NCBI GenBank assembly: GCA_028534125.1
Contig: CM052817.1
Coordinates: forward strand, 994,001-1,058,000
Source of the DNA: Lama glama
Taxonomy: Eukaryota
DNA: 64,000 nucleotides
Reading direction: 5' to 3'
The notes under the pieces were generated by a model. The model made no database searches. It was given only the letters and a program-made list of their open reading frames with translations, and was not told where the DNA came from. Positions 39,186 through 50,710 of this stretch are shown here, in pieces. How positions within the stretch are numbered: position 1 is the first letter of the stretch; each line of letters starts with the position of its first letter. A program made the translations under genes and the position numbers.

Positions 39186-40739
39186 TCAACTCAGTCTTAA
39201 AGCCTCAAATAGTTGTATATACATACATAGCTGAAAAGTGAAAATAAAGTAGAGGCACAAACGGCCAGGAATGGGCCAAGAATATGCTCCTGAAGAATAA
39301 AAGCTGGAGGGTCTGCCCTCTTCACTGTTACAACTTGTTACGTGTGAAGTAGCAGCAGTTACAAGTTACCAGTGATACACAAATAGCTAGCTGAAAGGCA
39401 CAGAGCAGAGCCTAGAAACAGACATAACAATGCAGATCAATGGGAAAAGACAGCTGTTTCAATAAATGGTTCTGGACTAATTAGACATTCATATAGAAAA
39501 TAATAAAATTGGACTCCCAGCTTCACATAATTATCACTTTCGCGTAGACTAAAGACTCAGTAACAAAAATTTTTTTTCATTTCAGCTTACTTTTATTTCC
39601 TCATACAAATGGGCACAGCAGGAGACGTGATTAAAAAAAACCCAAAAACCCTAACAATTTCTTCACAAGGCTGGGACAAGTGAGCACCCACAGCTGGGCG
39701 GGTACCTCAGTCCCTTTTTCCAGTCTTTTTCTACCACTTTTTCTTATTTAAAGTTTTGGCCATGAACTCGGGACAAATACGGTTAATAAACAGGTTATTT
39801 GAGAGACAAACTTCCATCTACCCCATGCCAGATTCTCAGAGAGCTCTGTGCAGGTAAGAGGCAAAACTGTGCCCCTGTGACACACACAGGGAGTCCCCCC
39901 ACCCCTCAAGCAGGGAAGCACATCCTAAACCAGACAAAATCGGCCCCACCCATAGGGGAAGACCAGAGGTGTACACCTGTCTAGTTACAGCTAAGTTTCT
40001 GCGCATCCAAAGAGTCCGTGCAGAAAACTTAAAGTCAAGCCACACCTGGAAGACACCTGCAACATATATTACTGAGAAGGGGCTGCTAATCAACAACAAA
40101 AAATTCTGCAAAGCAATGGGGGAACAAAAGAGAATGGGGGAAAAAATTTGAACTGACAATTCACAAAAAAGATCAAATAATAAACACAGAAAAGATGCTC
40201 AACCACGCGCATACTCAGAACGGAAGACTTCAGCGGTGAAAACTAAAACCTCAGGGGCTGCAACTTGGATGACGCTGTCAAGGAAGGTGTCAACCGAAGA
40301 CGACAGACACACCCACATCACTCACACGAAACACGACACGATGCACAACATTAACTTCAAATCACGCAAAGCCAAACTGTTCTACTGAAAAATGCATACA
40401 CACAACTGGTTAAGTTATACAGAACGGCAGAGAAACGAACACCTCCCAAAGTGAGGGAGGGGCTGCGATGAGGAGGGGGAGGCGTTTTGTTCCACTTCTT
40501 GATCTGCATGGGAATCGCAGACGCCGGTGGCTCTGCTATTTTATTCGTCACACCGACAAACGTGCACGTTCGTACACGTTACCGACGGGAAGCAACTACA
40601 AACTGATAAAATGTAACAGTAACTGCAATAGTAGTTGGAGACCGTTTAAGCAAGCGTGGTGCCTCAACATTTAAAAAACACTTCGTTTATTTTGCGTGAA
40701 AAGCGATATAACTTACCGATCAGGAGAAAAACAGAAAAC

Positions 40740-42290
40740 GGACCTCACGTGCCCACGGATTAGAAAGATGCAGAAACGCGCGTGGAAAGAAGCCTTAGAA
40801 CACAGGGCGCCACCCCGGAGGGCACGAGTCCGCGGAAAACCGCGATCCCAGGCCGCGCCGAGCCGGACACAGCGGCCGCGCGGCCCCTCCTCCGCGCCCC
40901 CGCACGGCCCGCCCGCCGCACGGGTGCCGGGGCCCGCGGCTCCGCGCCTCCTCCGGAACGCCGGCGGGAGGAGGGCGAGGGCCGGGGTCGGGGCCTCGGG
41001 GCGCAGGGAGGCGCGGCGCCCAGCGGCAGGCCAGCCCCGCGCCCGCTCCGCCGCCCGCCCGCCCGCCTCACCTCGTCCACCGTGCGGCGCGGGAGGTGCA
41101 GCGTCCCGAGCAGCAGCTTGAGCTTCACGGCCGACGAGAGGCCGTGGAAGCAGAGGCGGATGTTGTCGATGACGGCGGCCGTGAGCAGGGACGCGATGCT
41201 GGGCGGCGCCCACAGCTCGTCCGTGGCCCCCAACTTGTTGTGCAGCCACAGGCCCGTGTCGCTCTCCCGCATGGACGCCATCTTGGGGGGGGGAAGCCGG
41301 GCGCCGCCAAGCCGGCATCTTATGAAGACACCTACGCGCCTGCGGTGAGGACCTCCAACATGGCGGCGCTGGCCGGGCGCGCCGCGGTGACGTCACAGGA
41401 GGGGCGGGGCCTCGGAGAGCGCTCCGCAGGACGCCAAGGAAGGCCCTCCGGCCGCCGTAATGTAAAATGGCGGCGCCCATGGCCAGCTCTCGAGGATCAC
41501 GGAAGATGACGTCATCAGAGGGCTGGGCGCGGCGGCTTGGGGTTCGCGCTTGAAGTCGCCGGTGGAGCGAGACGGTGCTCGCTCGGTCGACTGTCTCCTG
41601 GGTGTGCTTTCCCCTTCAGGCTCGATGCGGATGGGAGCCCGCCAGCGCCGGCTGCCACGGGACGGGCGCCTGGGCGCGGCCGGACCGCTGCCCGGTGGGG
41701 GCAGTGGCCGGGCTCCTGCGCGCCCTCCCCGCGGCGTCCGGGGCTGAGCAGCAGGCAGGGTCCGGTCGGCTTGCGCTCCGCTGAGTCCCAGAGGCGCAGG
41801 CCTTCCCGCCCGCGCCGCCAGGAGCGAGGTGGTCGGAGTCGACAGACAGGGAAATCTTTGCCGGAGAGCCGGGTGGGGTCCAGCCTTCGTCCGCTCCCTC
41901 AGCGGTCCAGGCGGCCGGCACTGTTCCAGGTGCTGGGGACACGGCGGGGTCCCCACCCTCGCCCTCGCGGGGTCGGCGGCCAGAGGGAGTGGGCAGGCGG
42001 GCGGCGCGGTGCTCGCGGTGCGGCTCGCGCCGGGCGGGGCACGGAGGTGGGAGTGCAGGCTCGCGGTGCACGTCATGCCTGGAGGCACTCGGGCGAGCCT
42101 CGCAAAGCTGGCCAGCCTCTCTGGTCCCCAGTGCCGCTGCTTTTGCCGTTTGCCAGGCCGCTGTCCCAACGGACTGACTGTGCCTGTAGCTGCTCCGCGT
42201 CCTCGGGGTCCGCTGCGGACGGCCTTCCTGCGGCCTGTGCCTGACAGCCGCACCTACCTTTCCCGGGGCCCAAAGCGGAGATGAGCCGTC
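40740..42290. promoter_or_regulatory. NELFA CpG-island promoter
   Basis: Very high GC/CpG; CRE TGACGTCA at 41388-95 and 41507-14; GC box 41401-10; YY1-type aa(c/a)atggcggc at 41357 and 41464; ETS cggaag at 41500. Confidence 0.9.
41072..41281 (-). CDS. NELFA: NELFA exon 1 coding part (MASMRESDTGLWLHNKLG...RRTVDE); spliced CDS 1599 nt, 532 aa
   Basis: aagATGg Kozak context, GAG|gtgagg donor, 210 nt, phase 0. Confidence 0.97.
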
Positions 42291-43392
42291 AGGCATCCCT
42301 TGGAAGGAAGTGAGCCCTGCTTTGGGGGGTTCTTAACCACCCACAGGCTCCAGCCAGCCTCGGGCATAACCAAGGAAAGCACAGAAGCTGAGAGCCTCTC
42401 TGCCTAGAAGGGGTCCTCCCGCCCTGGCCAACCAACCCCCTTGTCCCCACCAGGCCAGCTTCCTTGCCTGCCTCTAGCAGTGTCTGTTCTGGTGCCCAGA
42501 GTCAGGGCTGGGCCTCTCCTGGGCCAGGACAGCAAGCTTAGAGGTGCCCCTGAGTACGGACTTGTTCATCACGGCATGGCCAGGGCCCCTGCAGCTGTTT
42601 GAAGAGGCTGCATACAGTGAGCAGGAGTAAGGGTGACTGCACAGGGAGCAAGTCAGAGGCTCAGGAGGGGCCGCCAGCCCCAGCCTCCTGGTTCCTCACC
42701 TCCCTGCCATATGTCCCTTACCTCTGCCCCGCCACAGTCACAGCCTGGACCTCATCATCTCCGGGAAGAGTCCCTGTGTCTAAAGCTCCTCTTGAGACCT
42801 CACCCCCTGCCCATCAGGACCACAGGCTCCATCCTTTCCGCCTCTTTGAGACAACTGAGGGGAGAGGGTCAGGAAGCACCCACTGCCTCACCCTTCTCTG
42901 TGCACCTGGGCCTTGCAGAGGTCAGCCACCCAGACCCTTCAGATCAAGGCCTGCTCTCCTCACTGGGGCGAGGCCCAGCTCTGGTTTTATTTTACTTGAG
43001 TCAGTTTTTCTTCCTTCCACCACCCATCCCTTGGCTCACTTCTCTCCCCCAGCACCCCACCCCCTGCTATAATGTGCTGAGGATGTGTCCTGATGGGTGC
43101 GTCCTTGACAGAGTAGAGTGTTGTTACGAGTACGTGGGTGTCTTCACTGGACAGAGCTCTTGCACCACATGGTAGCTTTCCATTCCCCTGGGAGGAGACC
43201 CTCACGTGCTCCTAGTTGCCACCCCCTACAGACATCTACACAGAGGACCCTCATTCCAGTCCGTCTAGGACTAGAGGGGTCTGGGTTTGGGAGGTGTGTG
43301 CCCCAGAGGAGGGGTGTTGGCCAAAGGGCACCCAGGTAGAGTTACAGAGGGCTGCCAGAAGGTTCTTTAGGGAACTGCATGAGTTACCCCCT

Positions 43393-43860
43393 CAGGACTG
43401 TGTGCTGGGGCCAAATTACCAGGCTTGCAAGAAGCAGTTGTTCAATTTTCAGGAATTTTATAAGCTTGTCATTAAATATCGCCATTATGAAAAATTTAAC
43501 TTCATTCTACTGTATTTATTTTACTACGCTTTTTACAAGGTGTTCTGCTGCGTTTCAGTGTTGCCCATTTCTTTATTTCTGTCTACTATAACTGAATGGG
43601 ATGGTGGAGATGCTCTGTAACTCGGTACTCCTGCCCTTCTCACCCCCACTCCGCTCTCATTGGCATTACACTGGCAGCTTGGGCTCAGCAGAGGTGGGAG
43701 CGTTTACGTCATGGACAATGGCCGGTGCTACACTCCAGGGCTCGACTGTTTTCTTGATTGTCTAGACTTAAAGCGGTAGAGAAAATGCTAACAATGAAGA
43801 TTAAGCTTGAAAGTATGTTGTGTCTATGGTCATTACGTTGTAAGCAGCTCACACGCATTG
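43393..43860 (+). mobile_element. MER63-like hAT DNA transposon remnant
   Basis: gtgtgctgg...ttgttcaattttcaggaatttt...gccattatgaaaaattta resembles the recalled MER63 5' end. Confidence 0.55.
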
Positions 43861-44059
43861 TGTGAGCACACTCTGTAACTTAATTGCTTTCCTCAGTGGG
43901 GTGCAGGTCATGTCCAATGAACCCACGTGTATTTAGTTTTTCTCTAATAAGAAGCAAAAGTAGCAAAACTGAGGCTTTTTTTAGCAATTAACATTCCAAT
44001 GTCTTACTTGGAAGTGGTCTGGATATTCAGTGAATTCCCTTCATTTAAGTTGGCAGTTT

Positions 44060-44695
44060 TGAGACAGGATGGAAGAGGGCAGGGCAGAGCCATTCAAGGA
44101 ATGACAGCAATTTAACACCAAAATGGTGGAAGATTCAACTCCCAGTTGGCCTGGAGGATTAAGAGGTTTGACTTCTAGTAGAACTTGCGCTTCATTATGT
44201 GCTCATCATTACAGTGGGATGGAATAACACGCCCGCAGGTGCCATGACGGCCCTAAGGCTGACTACAGAAGGCCCAAGAATGGGCGGTGGCCCAGTCCCT
44301 GGGAATCCCAGCCCCTCCCCCAGGGCAGTTGGATTGATCCCACCCGTAGGCGTGTGAAGCTACTGAGCCCAAAAGTGACACCACCACGCCGAGCGGCCCT
44401 TGGCGCTCTGCCTCCCCTTTGGAGACGGCCCGCACTCTGTCTACGGAGTATGTGCCAGGTTTTACTCTAACCTGAGCACCCGATTCCCGCACCTCTTTCC
44501 TGGCCTTTCTCTGGCCTTACACTCTGTGCAGCGTGTATCTCTCTAAATAAATCTACCTTTACTCAACTGTGGCTCGCGCTTGAATTCTATGCTGCGCGAA
44601 GCCAAGGACCCACACTTGGCGGGGCATGTCCCAGGGGCTCAGCCGAGACGTGGGACTCGGCCCTGCTCACGCCCCACATCCGTTTTCCTGCATCA
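44060..44695 (+). mobile_element. ERV1-type LTR (copy A)
   Basis: TG...CA termini (tgagacagga...tcctgcatca), aataaa at about 44546; similar to copy B. Confidence 0.82.
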
Positions 44696-44699
44696 AGAC

Positions 44700-47130
44700 C
44701 TAAGGACTGACATAGCCATCTACCTACATTGTGATGTTTTACTTTCCCTCATTTAGCTTCGGGATGGGGGGGAAGGAAAGAAAGAATGCTATCAGGCTCT
44801 GCATATCAGCTGTGGTCAGTGTGGTCAGACCAGCTGGTCTCCTGCCTTGGCAAACCACTTACTGAAACTTGAGGTTCCTGCCTGGTCTTAAGAAAGTCTT
44901 TAACGATGGCCCTGGGCTCACCTCTGACCTGCAGAGGCTCCTCTACAGCCTCGGCCTGTCCCACTTCTAGAGGTAGCCGTGGAGTCTTTGCGGTAGAAGG
45001 CAGTTCAGGCAGGCTGCAGTACCTGGAGGCGGTTGGCCTCTTAGAGCTTCCATACAACTACTTTCACTCGCATTCTGCAACAAATCCTTCAGTGAAGATG
45101 TTTTGGAACTTTGAAGCCTTTGGGGGCTTCTGCTTACCAAGTAAGGTAGTTTAAGTTGCGAGCTCTTTAACAACTTAGAAGTTTTTCCAAGTCAAAGGCT
45201 GCACAGAGCCGGCCCTCCACTTCCTCCTGCTAATCTAATTCTAGAAAACAGGAGAACTCTACCACCCTTGTCTCAGTAGACCCTGCAGACAGGGGCCCAG
45301 GAGACTGACCGACAGGGTAAGAACCTACCTTCCTCCAGCTTTCTCTACCTGTGTGTGCAAAAACCCGTTTTGGAGGGCCAGGAGAACCCCCATCCTGGCC
45401 ATTTCAGGGCCCAGTTTCCTTTAATGCCCAACTAGGGACGCAAGCATACACAAGCCAGCTGGTACCCCCATAGGTGGCTGCCTGAACGGGAGCTGTTTGG
45501 ACTTTGGGGCTCAACTTCCCAATATCAATTTGGTCACCTAATTCAGAGATGAGATGATCCGGACAGCTTTCTGAGACAGTGTGATGGAAGGGATGGACTC
45601 TGCTTCTGAGTGTAGCTCCCCAAGGTGGGACAGGAGGGAAGGGGGCAGGACCCAGCCATTCATTAAAGGAATGACAGCAATTCGCACCAAGATGGGGGAA
45701 AGTCAACTCCCAGTAGACCTGGAGGCTCAGGATGGCAGGAGATCTGACCCCTAGTGGACCTTGAGCTTCACTGTACACACTGTAACGTCCTGCCTGGTGA
45801 ACGACACACCCACAAGCACCAGGGCAGTTCCGAGGCTGCCCCTGGAAGGTCAAAGAGAGGGCCGTGGCCCGATGCTTGGGGCTCCCCGCCCCTTCCCCAC
45901 AGCAGCTGGGATGATCTTCCCACTTGTCAGCATATACAAACTAGCACCACCACCCCTCACAGCCTCCCCCCCCCCTCGCCTTCCTAGACGCCCACACTCT
46001 GTGGAGCGTGTCTACCTTTAACCACCCCCAGCCCCCCCCACCTCTCACCTCCCCGGCCTTCTGGGACGGCCCACACTCGTCTATAGAGTGCATCTCTCCA
46101 AATAAACCCGCCTTTACTCAACTGTGGCTCGCTCTTGCATTCTCTCCTGCACGAAGCCAAGGACCCTCACTTGGCAGCTGCGTCCCAGGGACTCAGTTGA
46201 GACCTGGGACACAGCCAGCCTCTCGCACCCCATTTACTTTCCTGCATCAAAGGCCACTCCTTGGGTTGGCTGACTCTCTCCACGCGTCTGGGTTCCCACC
46301 TCCGGCAGGAGCTGCCGCGCGCACTCGGAGCACCGGGTGTCAGGCTAGGCTGTGCGTCCCAGGAAGAACAGCATTCGCCGAGTGCTGTGGTGCGCTCCCC
46401 TGTGGGAACACTGCACATCCCGAGCAGTGACCCGCAGACACATCACCAGATTCTGTCACCTAAGAACCCCTTGTGGCCAGGAGGAGCAGGTGTCCCGTTG
46501 TTCGGAGCTGAATGAATCCAGCCTCCCATTTCACTACCAAAGGGTTTGTTCAGACCCTGTATTAACTTGTCCTTCTCAGTTAAGCCACACGTAACAAACA
46601 CCGGCCACTTGTTTCCCTGGCCTCCCGCCCAGCTCCCTCCACCCCCACCGCCCAGGTCCCTGCCTAGGAGATAGATGCACGTGTGCCCCTGAAGGCTCCA
46701 AGTCACGTAGAAACAGCTCGAATATGACGCTGAAGATCAGCACCTAGAAGCAATGAGACTGAGTTATCAGAACTCGCCGGAACCCCCGAGGAGGCTGAGA
46801 AGCGGGTACCGAGCCCAGGTCCGGGGTGGCCTCCTGGGTCCTCCGGGGGTGTCTCCGGCATCGTGCCAGCGACGCTGATCGGGGGACCACGACCCAGAGA
46901 CAGGCTTCCAGGAAGCTGCCAGGGCTGTTGCGCTTACTGGAGCTCGAGGCACAGCTACACGAGCTTTTGCGACAAAGGGGTGTAGCCTCGTGACAGGCTG
47001 CCAGGGTACGCGGTCTGACCACGCACAGAGCGAGGAGGGAGAGCACGGGGGACGTCACCGCCCGAGGACGTCCGGTGACGTCCACAAACACGCAGGGAGA
47101 GTGCGGAGGCCGAATGGGCAGAGGAAGACG
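44700..47130 (-). mobile_element. Older ERV leader/LTR remnant into which LTR B inserted; boundaries uncertain
   Basis: Retroviral leader-like sequence on both sides of LTR B; no intact ORF. Confidence 0.4.
45626..46249 (+). mobile_element. Solo ERV1-type LTR (copy B) with 4-bp TSD
   Basis: tgggacagga...tcctgcatca, flanked by aagg on both sides; aataaa at about 46101. Confidence 0.88.
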
Positions 47131-47139
47131 GCACATTTA

Positions 47140-48240
47140 AATCTTCCTTGTTTGCTCATAAAATACGAGTTTTATTTCATCACATTGATTTTCTCTATTA
47201 TTTTCTCCTTTCAGTTTCTTTCATTTCTGCTCTGATTTTCATCCTTTCTTTTCTTCGGCTTACTCTGGGTTTCCTAGTTCCCTGTGGCACAAGCCTGGGT
47301 TATTGGTTATAGAGCTTTCTTCTTTTCTGATGCATGAAATCAACGCTGTAAATTTCCCCCTGGGCACTGCTTTTGCTGAATCCCACATTTTGAAAAGTTG
47401 TCGCTCATTTTCATTTAGTTCATATTATTTTTAACTTCTCTTGAGATTTCTCCCTTGATTCACATGTTATTTAGAAGTGTGTTTTGTCACCTCCAGGTAC
47501 TTGGAGATTGTCCAGCTGCATTTGTTACAGATTCCCAGTTAATTCCACTGTGGTCTGCGAGCAGACACTGTGCTCTCTGTACCTCTGCATGTGTTAAGAA
47601 GTGTGTTAAAGGAGGAGGGCACAGCTCAGTTGGTAGAGAGCTTGCTTCGCATGCAGGAGGTCCTGGGTTCAATCCCCTGTACCTCCATTAAAATAATAAG
47701 CAAATAAATAAGAACCTAGTTACCTCCCCCCAAAATTAAAAAAAAGAAATGTGTTATGGCCCAGAATGTGGTCTGTCTTGGTGTTTGCAGTGAGTTTGGG
47801 AAGAATGTGTGTTCCACTTTGTTGGATGCTGCAGTTGGCAGATGTCACTACAGCCTGGCGATCGATGGTGCCGCTGAATTCATCCGCATCCTGGCTGATC
47901 TCTGCCTGCTGGACCGGCCGCTCCTCGGAGAGGGGCAGTGAAGTCTCCATCCGGCTGTAACAGTGGATCCCTATGTGTCTCCGCTGTTCTTGCCTTAGAA
48001 TCTGTTTCATCTGATATTGACACAGCAGCGCCAGTCTTGTTTTTATGAGTATTTACATAGTATACCTTTTATCACTCTTTATTTTCAACCTTTCTGAATC
48101 CTTACCATGTAGTTGTGCCTCTTATAAACTCTGTTACCTGGAACAGTTTGTTGATTATCATTGACTAAAAATCATTGATATGTTACTTCTCTCCTTTTGT
48201 GTCTTCTTTTGGATTGATTATTCCTTGTCATTCACTTCAT
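47140..48240 (-). mobile_element. Old antisense L1 ORF2 (endonuclease-proximal) fragment
   Basis: Minus-strand KTDHILGH motif; T-rich + strand. Confidence 0.7.
47609..47743 (+). mobile_element. tRNA-derived SINE (Vic-1-like)
   Basis: cagctcagttgg A box, ggttcaatccc B box; TSD aagaa(g/a)tgtgtta at 47596-47608 and 47744-47756. Confidence 0.88.
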
Positions 48241-48272
48241 CACACACATATTATTTTAAAAGTTATTTACTC

Positions 48273-48393
48273 TGCGGGAGATGGGTAAAGCTCGTGCTTA
48301 GCATGCATGATGTCCTGGGTTCAATCCCCAGTACCTCCACTAACAAATAAATAAAGAAATAAACCTACTTACCCCTCCCCTCAAAACAACAAC
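48273..48393 (+). mobile_element. tRNA-derived SINE (Vic-1-like, A box partly deleted)
   Basis: B box ggttcaatccc; TSD aaaagttatt(t/c)actc at 48258-72 and 48394-408. Confidence 0.85.
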
Positions 48394-48444
48394 AAAAGTT
48401 ATTCACTCCCTTTCTATTTTTTAAGCAGTTTCACTAGAAATCAC

Positions 48445-48880
48445 AGTGGAACAACCTGTCCATTGACAGAGGGCTGGATAAAGAAGCTGTGGTATATTTA
48501 TACAATGGAATACTACTTGGCCATGGAAAAGAATAAAATAATGCCATTTGCAGCAACATGGATGGACCTGGAGATCATCATTCTAAGTGAAGTAAGCCAG
48601 AAAGAGAAAGAAAAATACCATATGATATTACTTTAATGTGGAATCTTAAAAACACTCACAAATGCACTTACTTACAAAACAGAAACAGACTCATAGACAT
48701 AGAAAACAAACTTATGGTTACCTGGGGGGAAAGGTGGTGGGAAAGGATAAACTGGGATTTTGAGATTTGCAGATACCAACTACTATATATAAAATAGATA
48801 AGCAACAAGCTTATACTGTACAGCACAGGGAAATATATTCAATTATCTTGTAGTGACTTATAATGAAAAAGAATATGTAA
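48445..48880 (+). mobile_element. L1 3' fragment
   Basis: tacaatggaatactac...ctaagtgaagtaagccagaaagagaaag L1 3' motifs. Confidence 0.88.
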
Positions 48881-50183
48881 TACTAATTTCCACTTATGGT
48901 CACATGGCCTACCACTTTAAACACCTGAAAAAAACTGGACAAAACGAGGTGAGTTCCACGGTTGGTTGATCCCCGGAGAGATTTTTCCAGGCTGCGGGAT
49001 GGGGAGGAGGAACCCAAATCAAGCCAGGCAGGGTCCCTGACGTGAAGGGACAGAGTTCAGAGCCCAAGGTGACTAGAACTTTTAGGACAGACTTGTAAAG
49101 AGAAAAGGCAAAGCTCTGGGGTTCTTCAGTGTGTTCCTCTCTGGTTCTTAGCGTGTGCAGAAACTCCCCAAAGCTGGGAAATTGCCACTGGGCCAGAAAT
49201 AGGTTGTGTCCCCGACCCCCATCCAGCACTGAACAGAATGCTCAGAAAGCCATGGCCTTAGTAGTAGGGTCAAGTTTATCTAGACCAAGGAGTCTTCTGA
49301 GCCCACCTAACAAAACTTAAAAGGGAGAGCCAAAAGGATCAAATTATTTCCAAGTAACTTAACTGCATTCCAGAACAAAGCTCAAAAACATATAAAAAAA
49401 AAAAACCCTCAATGACCCAACATTATAGAATTTGCGGTATCTGGCATCCAATAAAAAGTACCATAAACTCAAAGGAGCAAGAAGATTCAACTCATAATAA
49501 AGGGGGGAGAATCAATCAATCAGAACTGCACCAGAAATGAGACAGATGATTGAGTCAGTAGACAAGGGCATTACAGGTCATCCGAATGACCTCAAAGATT
49601 CAGGAAGCCAGGAGAAAGACTACGGGATGTTAAGTAAGGATGGGAAAAGCCCAAACAAAAGCGCATGTCCACACAGAGGCTTGTATGTGAACATTCAGCA
49701 CAGCTTTATTTGTAAGCGCCGGATACTGGAAGTGACCCCAGTGTCTACCAACAAGTGAATGTGTAAACAAACTGGTTTTTCTGTGCAAGAATTTTTAAAA
49801 AGACCACTTGTATGATAACCCTTGTCATTAATGTACAAAATGCTTTTAAGTGACCTGGAATTTGAATACTTGTGATCTATACCTGCTTTGCTTAATATAT
49901 GTGGGTAAAGCAAAATCTGCTGTGATAAGTAACGAAACACTACTTAACAATAAAAAGGAACGCGCCCAGCAACAGACAAATCTCAAAGGAATTTCACTAA
50001 CTCAAAGAAGACAGACAAAATACGATATATCGCATGACTCCACTTACGTAAGACTGTAGAAAATCAACCAGCAACAGAAAGGAGATTGGTGCTTGTCTTG
50101 GGGGGAGATGCCCACGAGGGGCCGGAGGGAGAGGTTGCCAAGACGCGTGGGGAGCTTCGGGTGCCGGTGGTACTGCATGTGTA

Positions 50184-50626
50184 TGTGGACCTTAAAGGGA
50201 AAAAGACTTTACCAACAAAAGTGGATTTATTTGGAAATAGCAGAAAATTACAATTTGGGACAAGCAAGCTATAACAAAAGCCACAGGCAAGTCCCACCAA
50301 CAAAGGAGAAAACCCTTATTTTTATAGAGAAAAGAGAGGAAGTAGGGAGGGGTTGCTTTGAGGGAACCCAAGTCCACTGGAGAAAAGTGAGAGTTCAGGG
50401 TGGTTCGGTTTCCCACTGGCTGAGTTGCTGGGGCAGCTGGTTTCTTTTGGAGACACAGGGTACATCCTGTTGGGACCTGTAAGTGATCTTTCCCGTGATG
50501 ATGCATCTGTTGGGGACTGTAGCTGATGATTCTTCTGTCATTGACTTTGAGTGGTGCTGCCTGAGAGCTCCCTCTTCTGGCCTCCTGACTCCACTTTAGT
50601 GCGGCCTCCCTTTGTTAAGTTTCACA
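50184..50626 (-). mobile_element. Probable solo ERV LTR
   Basis: Minus strand TGTGAAACTTAAC...GGTCCACA, AATAAA near 3' end, flanks tgta/tgtg. Confidence 0.6.
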
Positions 50627-50710
50627 TGTGGAAATACATCAACATAGATCAAATTGTTTACTACGTGCCAGTCATACCTGAATGAACGTGTAAAAAGATG
50701 ACACAACAAA

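Noticed and set aside
42600..43340. Cys-containing ORF 42633-43175 as a remnant gene exon
   Set aside because: No recognisable homology and no good splice pair.
44060..46249. Internally deleted provirus bounded by two LTRs
   Set aside because: The second LTR has its own TSD, the LTRs are too diverged, and there is no same-strand PBS.
47611..47690. tRNA gene-like A and B boxes (also at 39110, 48280, 52595)
   Set aside because: They have SINE tails, poly(A) and mostly TSDs, and no intact cloverleaf, so they are SINEs.
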